Assembly: GCF_009914755.1 (NCBI RefSeq)
Contig: NC_060931.1
Length of the DNA stretch: 64,000 nucleotides
Reading direction: 5' to 3' (one strand)
Source: the human T2T-CHM13v2.0 reference genome, Homo sapiens
The notes under the pieces were generated by a model, which was given only the letters and a program-made list of their open reading frames with translations, had not been told where the DNA came from and did not search any database. Positions 1 through 10,788 of this stretch are shown piece after piece. Made by a program: the position numbers and the translations under genes. Position 1 is the first letter of the stretch. Every line of letters starts with the position of its first letter.

Positions 1-161
1 CTCTCCCACTCTAGGTTCCCATGCCGCCCCTAATCCTGCTTGAAGCAGCCCTTGGAAATATCACCCATTCTCTCTCCATACCACCCCCCAAAAATTTTCG
101 CCGCCCCAACACTTCAACACTATTTTGTTTTACTTGTCTTATTAATATAAGAAGGCAGGAA
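1..161 (+). mobile_element. 3' end of HERV-H internal region including polypurine tract (provirus continues left of window)
   Basis: Resembles the HERV-H internal 3' end; purine-rich AAGAAGGCAGGAA (149-161) directly precedes the TG of the LTR. Confidence 0.85.
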
Positions 162-600
162 TGTCAGGCCTCTGAGCCCAGGCCAGGCCATCGCATCCCC
201 TGTGACTTGCATGTATACATCCAGATGGCCTAAAGTAACTGAAGATCCACAAAGAAGTAAAAACAGCCTTAACTGATGACATTCCACCATTGTGATTTGT
301 TCCTGCCCCACCCTAACTGATCAATGTACTTTGTAATCTCCCCCACCCTTAAGAAGGTTCTTTGTAATTCTCCCCACCCTTGAGAATGTACTTTGTGAGA
401 TCCACCCCTGCCCACCAGAGAACAACCGCCTTTGACTGTAATTTTCCATTACCTTCCCAAATCCTATAAAAGGGCCCCATCCCTATCTCCCTTCCTGACT
501 CTCTTTTTGGACTCAGCCCGCCTGCACCCAGGTGAAATAAACAGCCATATTGCTCACACAAAGCCTGTTTGGTGGTCTCTTCACACGGACGCGCATGAAA
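162..600 (+). mobile_element. LTR7 (3' LTR of HERV-H)
   Basis: Starts TGTCAGGCCTCTGAGCCCAAG and ends CACACGGACGCGCATGAAA as in the LTR7 consensus; internal CCCCACCCTT..GTACTTTGT repeats, TATAAA 465-470, AATAAA 536-541. Confidence 0.95.
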
Positions 601-1320
601 GATACCATCTCACACCAGTTAGAATAGAGATCATTAAAGAGTCAGGAAACAACAGATGCTGGAGAGGATGTGGAGAAATAGGAATGCTTTTACAGTGTTG
701 GTGGGAATGTAAATTAGTTCAACCATTGCGGAAGACAGTGTGGCAATTCCTTCAAGGATCTAGAACCAGAAATACCATTTGACCCAGCAATCCCATTACT
801 GGGTATATACCTAAAGGATTATAAATCATTCTACTGTTAAGACACATGCATGCACACGTATGTTTTTTGCTGCACTGTTCACAATAGCAAAGACTTGGAA
901 CCAACCCAAATGCCCATCAATGATAGACTGGATAAAGAAAATGTGGCACATATACACTATGAAGTACTATGCAGCCATAAGAAAAGGATGAGTTCATGTC
1001 CTTTGCAGGGACATGGATGAAGCTGGAAACCATCATTCTCAGCAAACTAACACAAGAACAGAAAATCAAACACTGCATGTTCTCATTCATAAGTGGGAAT
1101 TGAACAATGAGACACATGGACACAGGGAGGGGAACATCATACACCAGGGGGTATGTCATGGGGGTTTGGGGGTTAGGGGAGGGATAGCATTAGGAGAAAT
1201 ACCCAATGTAGATGATGGGTTGATGGGTGCAGCAAACTACCCTGGCACGTGTATACCTATGTAACAAACCTGCCCATTCTGCACACGTATCCCAGAACTT
1301 AAAGTATAATTTTAAAAAAG
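601..1320 (+). mobile_element. L1PA (L1PA7/8-like) ORF2 3' end and 3'UTR, interrupted by the HERV-H
   Basis: GATACCATCTCACACCAGTTAGAAT...GGGATAGCATTAGGAGAAATACC...AGAACTTAAAGTATAAT followed by an A-rich tail; subfamily approximate. Confidence 0.92.
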
Positions 1321-2072
1321 ATGTTTTATAATCTAATTGGTGACTGACAACTAAGGTACGTTAGACCATTAGCAAAAGTAAATTAAGTGATAAGTATTAT
1401 GGTAGGGACCTCAGGTAATATAGGAATTGGGCAGAGAGAGACGTTAACATGGTTAACTCCAAAAGTGGTATGACCTAGAAAATGGGTAGATAGGTTTGAG
1501 TAAGTGGAAGGAGAGAAAAGAAATTTCTAGGCATAGACGCAGTGTTTCTCAAGAAACTGAAAGACAAATATGCAGGTCCTGCTTATGGAAAAGGGAAGAC
1601 AGAAGGTGTCTTGCTTAGGAAGAATGAGTACAAGGATATAGAGTGAATTTAATCAGAAATGACAGTTATGGACAAATCCTGAATAAAGGATTTTAGAAGT
1701 CAAACCAAAGGGTTTAAAACTGATATAGGAGTAAATAAATTATTAAAGATTTTAGGGAGGAAAGTGAAAATATTAAGGTCAAGTTTAAATGTGAACAATG
1801 AGATATAAGTAAACACCAAATGGCATTTGTTGCTTGGCCAGACTTAAAAGCCTCCATTTCAACTTGCTCCCACTAATAATGAGGACAGTAACCAAAGGTT
1901 AGACATTCGAAAAATGACCTTGGATACAAAAGCAGTGTCAGCAATTGTTTACTTTTGACAGGCATTTGTTGACTGAAAGACATTTATGACATGACGTTAA
2001 CTATAATTATGCAGACCAACGGATAGAATAGGATAGATGCAGTCAATTTTAAATGGCTTTTCTCTTGAAGTT

Positions 2073-2363
2073 GTTTGTTTTTGAGATTGGGTCTCACTCT
2101 ATCACCCAGGCTGGAATGCAATGGTGCTAACATGACTCTCTGCTGCCTCAACATCCAGGGCTCAGGCAATCTTCCTGCCTCATCCTTCTAAGTAGCTGAG
2201 ACCAGAGGTGCACACCAACACACCCAGCTAATTTTTAAATTATTTGTTGAGATGGGGTCTCCCTATGTTGCACAGGCTGGTCTCAAACTCCTGGGCTCAA
2301 GTGATCCTCCTGCCTCAGCCTCCCAAAGTAAGGGATTACAGGTGTGAGCCACCACGCCTGGCC
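2073..2363 (-). mobile_element. Alu (AluJ-like)
   Basis: Reverse Alu ending GTGAGCCACCACGCCTGGCC; CTTGAAGTT target-site duplication on both sides. Confidence 0.92.
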
Positions 2364-4430
2364 CCCTTGAAGTTTTAATTATTCTATCTTAGGAAAATCC
2401 CTCAAGAAGGGCAAATTTGTTTTTTCCATTATAGGCAGCCTAGTGATTACTCCATAAATATTACTTTAAACAATGTAAATGCCAGATTCTTAATTTTCCT
2501 GACAACATTAAAACATTAAAATCATTCATTAATGAAGTTGCTTTATTTGGAAAAAATTACTGGGAAAAAGTATTTAAAGAATCAAAACTATCAATATATT
2601 CCAGTTTTGTGCATTTTATTTACTTTTACCCTCTGAATGAAGTGACCACTCTTATTTGTCAAGGAATGTTTTTACTTTTATTCCCTTATTCCAAAAAAAT
2701 TGCATAATTCCTACAAAATACCACTTAAAAAAATCTTGAGGTACCCTGTTTTTTATTTTAAGTTTTTTAAGGATTGCTGGGGAAATGCTGGTAAGAGATA
2801 AGTCACTTTCTACTGACACTTTACAAGCCTTCTTCAACCTTAATTGCTAGGATGAGTAAACAAAAAACTTTTAACTTCTGTGGTTGTGGAAATTTAAAAA
2901 GCAAAGCATCATCCCTTTCCAACTCCTGCTCTTTCTCCTGGGACTATCGCTGGTGTCTCCTCTGTTCCTCCAAGTCTGTCATTCCTGCGGGTTTTTCTGG
3001 CCACTAAAGGACAGCAGGCTATCCAGAATGCCATTCTCCACCCCCTCCTAAGAGCCAGTGGTCACAAGCCTGTGCTCTGTTCCACACTTGTAGCATCCAG
3101 GTGGAATTTAAAATAGAATGGATGGGGACCCAGTTATGTAAAAAGTCACCTCTGGTCTTCTGTTCTATCATGGGAGTTAAGACCAGCTGGGGTGCTTCTG
3201 GTATCAGTTTCCAGCACATAAGTCTCTGTGATCTGCAGCAGAAATTCTTACAACAGGGCCCTTAGAAGTCTCGTCCTCTGATGGGCTGCCAGAGGCAGAG
3301 TCCAAGGCATATCTCTGCAGGCAGACTTTTTTTGCTGAGTTTCCCAGGGACTGAGAGAAAACTATCAGAAGGAAGAGGCTCCCCTGTATTCTACAACTAG
3401 AAATCTACAACTGTCTTGGGCGGAAGATGGGATTTATTGCTGTCTAGCTACTTATCTGGTTCAGTTGGCTCAGCGGATTGGAGATGATAACAGTCACAGA
3501 TTCAGCATCTTGAGAGAGCTCTTTTGAGTGAAATGAGTATGCTTGAAATCTGGCTCTCCCCTCCCTAATTCCTTTTCCCAGAATACAGCTCAGAGCACCT
3601 TACCTCCAGCTAGGAAAAAGAGTTTAAGTGTATGCCCTCTATGTGGACTCCAGAGACTACAGGTGCTTGAGTAACCAATGCAAACTTGCAGTCATATGGT
3701 GATTTTCTTAACATCACTAGTCAAAATCTAGGCAGCTGGGCTCAGATCATGAAATGACATAATATTAGCTCTCATTTATGTGTTTATTAAATGATTAATG
3801 ATATGATCTTTACAACATTTTATGCATATGGACACTAGAAGCTTAAAAAGTTTATACAGTACAGTAAACTTTAGGTCTCACATTCTACTGGTCAGTGAAT
3901 ATTTTGTCGTCTCTTCAATCAAAATATAATAAATAGGAAATTAAGCTCCTGCTTGCTGAGAAAGAAATCAATAATTTAAAATGTGCAGTTGTATACATGT
4001 TTGGAATTGATCTTTTACTTCATTCATCAAGTCTAAATAGCATAATCCCCTCCGATGAGAGTAGAGTTGAATGCTTTATATTAATAGACATAAATTCGAT
4101 TATGAAAGAGCTCCTCAACTTCATATGTCAGGATAAAATATCTGTAACTTCTTATATTCTCCAAATAAAATTTCATGTGATCTGACAAGATTATATTTTA
4201 AAATTCAACCATTTTAAATGACTTCTGCAATTAAAATAGATTCATTTTCCTTGAAATCCAGAAGCAAAAGTGAAGCTGGAGATATTAAGACAAGATGGGC
4301 GCCAAAAAACCCTGGCTTATGCCACCTTGGGGACTGAACCATCTTTCAGGTAGACAAGTTCCTGTCAATGGCTAAGGTTTCCTCCTCCTGCAGTCCCCCA
4401 GCAAATGCAGTTTCCCCCTCCCCACCATGT

Positions 4431-4437
4431 GCGCGCG

Positions 4438-4492
<55 letters not shown>
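4431..4492. repeat. Compound microsatellite (GC)8(AC)23
   Basis: Read directly from the sequence. Confidence 0.97.
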
Positions 4493-4494
<2 letters not shown>

Positions 4495-4562
4495 ACCACT
4501 CTCCTCCCTCCAGCCCTATGGTAGCTCCAGTAAGAGATTCAGATCTGAAAAAGAAATTTTGA

Positions 4563-4678
4563 TAATTTTGCAAATGAAAAAACTGAGACTCAAAGTTGAA
4601 ATGAGTAGTCCACGATCATCACCTGCTGACAGGAGCCCCGGTTACCCAACCCAACCCAGTGCTCTTTCCACTGCCCCT
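4563..4678 (+). mobile_element. MIR fragment immediately upstream of WNT16 exon 1a
   Basis: TTTTGCAAATGAAAAAACTGAGACTCAAAG core and CCAGTGCTCTTTCCACTGC 3' end, typical of MIR. Confidence 0.65.
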
Positions 4679-4730
4679 CTCAGCCTGCAAAAACCACAGA
4701 GGGCAAAGCCAGAAAGATGGAAAGGCACCC

Positions 4731-4795
4731 ATGCAGCTCACCACTTGCCTCAGGGAGACCCTCTTCACAGGGGCTTCTCAAAAGACCTCCCTATG
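4731..4795 (+). CDS. WNT16: WNT16 alternative first exon 1a, coding part (isoform WNT16a, MQLTTCLRETLFTGASQKTSLW; 355 aa total)
   Basis: ATG at 4731, GT donor at 4796 (TG|GTGGGT) in the same phase (2) as exon 1b; 65+251+287+465=1068 nt = 355 aa + stop; N-terminus recognised as WNT16a. Confidence 0.85.
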
Positions 4796-5073
4796 GTGGG
4801 TTTTGTTTATTTTTGGAGAACAAAACAACTTTTTCAATGTTTCAATGGAGAGATCTGTGAATTGTGACGTAAGGAACCATAGACACCAGTAAAAAATTTT
4901 GACCCAAAGACACGGTAATCTGAGTTTTAAGATTTGGGGATTTGATCAGGGAAAAAAAATTTTACATATATATATATATAACACCTAACATATCTCTCTC
5001 TATACACACACACTATATATATGTTTTGAATTAGGCATGCAGAAGTATGTTGTAGTGAAAAAAACAGGGTCTT

Positions 5074-5380
5074 GGCCAGGTGCCATGGATCATGCCTATA
5101 ATCCCAGCAGTTTGGGAGGCTGAGGCAGGAGGATTGTTTGAGCCAGGAATTTGAGACCAGTCTGGGCAACATAGTGAGACCCCTGTCTCTACACAAAATA
5201 AAAAATACAGCTGAATATAACGGTGCACACTTGTAGTCCCAGCTACTCAGGAGGCTGAGGGTGAGGATCGCTTGTGCCTGGGAGTTGAGGCTGCAGTGAG
5301 TCATGATAGAGCCACTACACTCCAACCTGGGCAATAGAATGATACCTCATCTCAAAAAAAAAAAAAAAAAAAAAAAAAAA
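5074..5380 (+). mobile_element. Alu (AluJ-like) with long A tail
   Basis: GGCCAGGTGCCATGGATCATGCCTATAATCCCAGC... dimeric Alu structure, poly-A 5354-5380. Confidence 0.93.
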
Positions 5381-6661
5381 GGAGGGGCCTCTAAAGGTTG
5401 ATTGTTTTTGAGTAACCTCGAGCAAGTTTCTTAATCTCCCCAAATTAATTTCCTCATCTGTAAAGTGAGTATCAATTTTGTATAGAGAAAGATGGAGAAT
5501 GAGACAGAGACAGAGAGACAAATAAAGACAGTAAGAGGGATTTGGGAGTGTATGGCAGCTCTCAGAACATGAAAGTTCACAATGCCTGGAACAAAATTAT
5601 CATTCAAATATCTGTTCACTGAATGAAAAATCTGCTTCCTCAGCTGGGTCAGCTCCTAGAAATATGTCTCCTTTGTTTTGGAGATATGGACAGAATGACC
5701 CCTAAGGCTCTAGCCCATACAAAAGAGATGCAAGACCACTCACGCCCTAAAATTGTGTCTTGTGTTTGAAAATGTTTGACACAGTGGTCTCTGACTCTCA
5801 GGACAGAATACCCTCTGAGTGCACCCCAAAGGCTTTATCTGGATGCGTAGATGGTGCTAGATTCCCAGAATAATAATGAAGGTAACATTCAAGTGTCTCC
5901 TCCCCACTCTGATCCCCAAGACTGAAATAAGTAATCTTCCTTTGTGTGTTCACAGCACACTCTACTTTGTACATTTATTGCACGTATTATAGCTGCATGC
6001 TCCCTTGTCTGTCTTGCCAAGTAGACTGTGAATTCCATGATCATTTGAGTAAGTGCTATCCCCACTTTCTAACCCATAACAGAGACTCAATATATGTTTT
6101 TGATTTTTTAAAAAATCAAACACCTCTTTAAAACATCTACCACCGTTGGCCCTAAAATCAGCCTAAGGTATGGATATTGTCCAGCACCCCCAACCCGGAG
6201 ATTGCCTCCCCACTTCCAATTCCCCTTGAAATGAAGTAAAAACTGTAGTTCCAGCATTTAGGCCTCTTACATATCCACTCAGGATGTTCCTCATTGTTAA
6301 TTCACTCAATAAATTTTGTTCAAAAACAGGATCTTATGTACTAGGCCCAATGGCAGGGGTACAGCAATGAATCCGCCATTGTCCCTCTTGGAGAAGCTCA
6401 CAGAATAAAGTGAGCTTGGATGAAGGCTCTGACTTTCAGAGAGGCCACTAGCCGTTAGCCAAAATATTTCTGGATCAGTATCTACATCCTATCATCAACT
6501 TGACTCCTCGACTCTTTAAAATGTGGCTTTAGAACCTGGTACATAGTGTACACTCAATAAACATTTGTTGGATAAGGGAGTGAATGGGATAGGATGAAAA
6601 TTTCAGTGAGCTTTTATTGCTCACTGATTGATATAGGAGATAAGCAGCTAATGCTATCTAA

Positions 6662-7011
<350 letters not shown>

Positions 7012-7450
7012 TGATACGTCCACCATGGGAATGTATTAACACTTCAAAAGATCTCTAAGGACAGATAATGCTTCTTAGAAACATTTCTTGTGTCTAATTA
7101 GGTGAGGCAGGCTTTCCCAATACCACAGCTAAACACGTTGCACTTGCCTTCAGATAACTCTCGGAGACCTTCCATCCTACAAAACACTGATTAACTAACC
7201 TTCCAAATCTGCCAGTAACTGGAACACTTCCTGCTTCTGAACTATCTTCGGCTCCAGGGAGTACCCTGCTAGATTCTTTAATCTCTCTTACTGATCATCT
7301 AAACGTATTTTCTTTTACACTTGTGTATGGTTTATTTGTACAGTTGTGGGAAGAGAGCTTGTCTTTATAAATTCCCACAGGACTAGGCACACAGCAGGTA
7401 TTTAATAAGTACGTTTTTAAAAATGTGTCTTCCATGTGTAGCCCTGTCCT

Positions 7451-7535
7451 GCAGGGACGCATCGGGTAGGTGGCAAAGGGGTGCCCAATCCTAGCGAACT
7501 TTCAACTGAGGTTGGGGGAGAAGGGCAGGGACCCT
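7451..7535 (+). repeat. Copy A of an ~85-bp local direct duplication (copy B at 8719-8804)
   Basis: Manual alignment: 4 substitutions and 1 indel between the copies. Confidence 0.93.
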
Positions 7536-8608
7536 CCCACCATGAGAATCGTAAGGTAGGACTGGAGAAAAAGATCAGAGCACATCTCTCATGTACTCTA
7601 GAACTCTCCAGAAACCTCTCACTTTCTTTGTCCCCATCTTCTGCAGGGGACTTACAGCGTTCTCAGGGACTGCAGGAAATAAGACAAATAGGGAAAAGGA
7701 AATCACAGAGCACGATTGAAATATGGCAGATGAGATGCTAGACTGGAATCTTCTCTTTCGCTCAAAATAAATGCATACATAAATGACAGTGATTGTAAGC
7801 CTGACAGCACTTCACCCACTCTCTAAAGTCTCCTGACAGTGGGACCTCAAGCAGGGGACTGGAAGGTTAATTTGTTCGGTACCAACTCTGACTCAAAAAG
7901 ATTATTCTCCTGTGAGGTGAAGGAGAAGAAAAAAAGGTCAGTGACATTTTCCAGCCACTACACCCAGAGGGTAACCCAGATGTTGGTGGGATGGGTGGGA
8001 CTCATCAAACCCACGCTTTCCCCCAAGGTTGCTAAGACAGAGCGTCCTGTTAGTCTTCGGGTTGAATCAACCCCACAACGACCCGTTCTAAGGAGACTGT
8101 GACAGCAGGAAAGGTCATGACACACCCAGGTCTGGACACGCTGTCCCTGAGGCCAGTGCCCGGAGCGCCCCCCGCGGAGCCGCTCTCCACCAATAAGAGC
8201 CTGAGGTCCCGAGATGATGAGATGCGGGGCCGCTGCTCAGCCAATCAGGCTCCAGGCGCGGCCAGGGGGAGGAGATGGGAGGAGAGGCCGGGGGCGATGG
8301 AGACGCGGATACATCAACAGAAGTTTCTCACCTAGGAATGCGAGGGGCGCTCCCGCATCTCCTGCACATCTCCACCCCTGCGCAGGAGGAGATCCCCAGG
8401 CTGCTCTCTCCATCTCTCCTACAGCTCCCTGCAAACGAGGGGGAAGCTGCTGAGAGTCCCTATCACTGCTGGCCTTTTAATGTTGTATGCAAGGAGGAAG
8501 AGGGCGAGGGATAACTTGGTGCTGGACAACTGACCTGCGGCCCGAAGGGCCTCTGGGGAGGGGGTGCAAAAGAGGAGCGGCTGGGCTGGGGGACTCCATG
8601 CGGGGGCG

Positions 8609-8703
8609 ATGGACAGGGCGGCGCTCCTGGGACTGGCCCGCTTGTGCGCGCTGTGGGCAGCCCTGCTCGTGCTGTTCCCCTACGGAGCCCAAGGAAACTG
8701 GAT
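8609..8703 (+). CDS. WNT16: WNT16 exon 1b, coding part (signal peptide; isoform WNT16b, 365 aa)
   Basis: gcgATGG Kozak; encodes [32 protein letters not shown]; donor GTGAGT at 8704; 95+251+287+465=1098 nt. Confidence 0.97.
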
Positions 8704-8718
8704 GTGAGTATGGAGGTG

Positions 8719-8804
8719 GCAGGGAAGCATCGGGTAGGTGGCAAAAGGGGTGCCCAATCCTAGGGAACTTTCAACTGAGGCTGGGGGAGAAGGGCGGGGA
8801 CCCT
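8719..8804 (+). repeat. Copy B of the ~85-bp local direct duplication, inside the 179-bp intron after exon 1b
   Basis: Near-identical to 7451-7535. Confidence 0.93.
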
Positions 8805-8882
8805 TAGACGAGTGACCTAATTTTTCGGAAAACATCTGGAATTGGGGAGCGGCTTAACGCTACGGGCGGCCGTGTCTTACAG

Positions 8883-9133
8883 GTGGTTGGGCATTGCCTC
8901 CTTCGGGGTTCCAGAGAAGCTGGGCTGCGCCAATTTGCCGCTGAACAGCCGCCAGAAGGAGCTGTGCAAGAGGAAACCGTACCTGCTGCCGAGCATCCGA
9001 GAGGGCGCCCGGCTGGGCATTCAGGAGTGCGGGAGCCAGTTCAGACACGAGAGATGGAACTGCATGATCACCGCCGCCGCCACTACCGCCCCGATGGGCG
9101 CCAGCCCCCTCTTTGGCTACGAGCTGAGCAGCG
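8883..9133 (+). CDS. WNT16: WNT16 exon 2
   Basis: TTACAG acceptor, GTGAGT donor; WLGIASFG...[14 protein letters not shown]...YELSS Wnt motifs; codon 82 (9031-9033) = GGG Gly. Confidence 0.98.
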
Positions 9134-10788
9134 GTGAGTCCTGGGTCCTTAGGGGTTGGTGGGGGACGGAAGGCGACAACTCCTCCACCGGTTCCTGCAA
9201 ATAAAGTAAATAGTGCTACGTGGTCCTGTAGCTCTCTAAGTTCCAGAAGAAGCCCTTTAGTGCACGGGGATTGAGAGCTACAAAGGCCAGACCTGGGGAG
9301 CAGGTGCGAGCCTGGAGGGAGGTGACTCCCCAGTTCCAGAGCGGAGCTCTAGGGGCTGGAGCTCTTCCTCTTTCCTGCGGTGCCCCGCCAGAGTTGGAAA
9401 AAAAACTCTAATTCTCCTACCCCGCCGACCCCCTCGGACCCCGTAGCGCCCCCCTACGTGGGTGACCAGCTGGAGAAACATGATGTCGGCAGCGGGGAAT
9501 GCGGCTGCCGCATCTGCTTTGATTTAACCAACTCCGCTGCGCACCAAACCCCGGACAAGTGGCTAATTGCAGCGAAGCCCCACCTTTATTGGCTCCTAGG
9601 AGCACCGAGTTGACAGAATAATGGTGACTTTTAAAGCGACTGTCCGCGACCACCCAACGTGCGGCTAACCTGAGCAGGACCACTTGTGCGCTTCTCGTTT
9701 CTTTGGCTTTTCTATCTTTCCCTCCTCGGCGCACTCCCGCGGCGCGGGAAGCTGCAGGAAAACAAAGTTCCACTTCCACGTGCGTAGTGACTTGGTAAGG
9801 ATAAAGGTACAGGGAGCCAGGATTGTTCCTGGAATATCAACAGATCCAAAGAATGTTAGGACTGGGGCGCTGAAGGATGCGCTGTCGTTTTTCATGTTCA
9901 TTTCCGTTCCCCCTCCGCCTTTGACCCTTGTCCACGCAGTCCCTGCGCGCACCCCCGCCGAGCCGCGCACCTCCCCCGCGGCGTTCTGGCCGGCACGCCC
10001 TTCCGAAGGAGCCCTGGTCCCCGTAGAGAGAAAAAAAAAAAAAAAAAAAAAAGAGACAGAAAGAAAAAAAATAGATGTGTTTTTCACAGTTGCTGAAATG
10101 CATCAGCTGTTGAAAAGGTTTATTGGACAGCGGGCATGAAACTGTTTCTACTCCAAACTAAACATCTGGAAAGAAAAAAAAAAAGTCGCCTGCTGATTCC
10201 CTTCTAGTCCATGTTATTAATGTTTTAATGGACTTTAATTTTCAAAGATTTTAGCTCAAACTCTACTGCAGGTGTGCTAAATGCATAATTTTCAATATTC
10301 AATATTTTTAATAGAATTATGTTTTTGCTAGTGACATTTTAATTATCTTACCTTTCATTGCCTTTAAGACTGTAAGAGGAGTAGCTAATACTATATAAAA
10401 TGTTTAACTGTTTCATGTTAATGTGAGACTAATCTTTAATGTGAAAATATACGGTACCGTTTACTAATTGCTTTGGTCTTTCCTTAATTTTAATTTTCAT
10501 TCTGACACGTATTATTTATGCAAACAAAAATCACACCAAAATGTTCAGCTTGTGTTCTGTGAGAGCACATTTTAAATTTCAAAAGAAAAGCAATCTAGTG
10601 TTCTTTGGGTGTTGTATTACCGTTTACAGTATCTATGCAAAGAATTTTTAATTCAGCATGTATTACTGAGCTATGACTGTCAACTGTGCACTGAACTGGG
10701 TGCAAACATACATTTCAAATTTAAAAAATAAAGAGATGATTTTAAGGTAAAGGGACAATGTATGACCATACAGTATATGACAATCTCT

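Larger units (their letters stand above)
8130..10030. promoter_or_regulatory. WNT16: CpG island / WNT16b promoter, exon 1b, exon 2 and start of intron 2
   Basis: Dense CpG and high GC against AT-rich flanks; CCAAT boxes at 8190-8194 and 8241-8245 (AGCCAATCA, NF-Y type); no TATA box seen; edges approximate. Confidence 0.88.

Noticed and set aside
325-410. Tandem CCCCACCCTT...GTACTTTGT units
   Set aside because: Normal internal repeats of LTR7 U3
432-1264. ORFs 432-782 and 1013-1264
   Set aside because: They translate LTR7 and decayed L1 ORF2/3'UTR sequence; not genes
4346-4867. ORFs with (HT)n or (CV)n runs, including the 146-aa ORF
   Set aside because: Open only because the dinucleotide repeat has no stop codons
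9443-9462. CTCF-like GGGGGCGCTA on the minus strand (similar partial matches near 23818, 31755 and 35103)
   Set aside because: Spacing or key positions depart from the core consensus; cannot be supported without a PWM scan or ChIP data
8050-10139. Many overlapping 60-150 aa ORFs on both strands
   Set aside because: Expected stop-codon depletion in a CpG island; only the spliced WNT16 frames and the ATG-initiated uORFs are supportable
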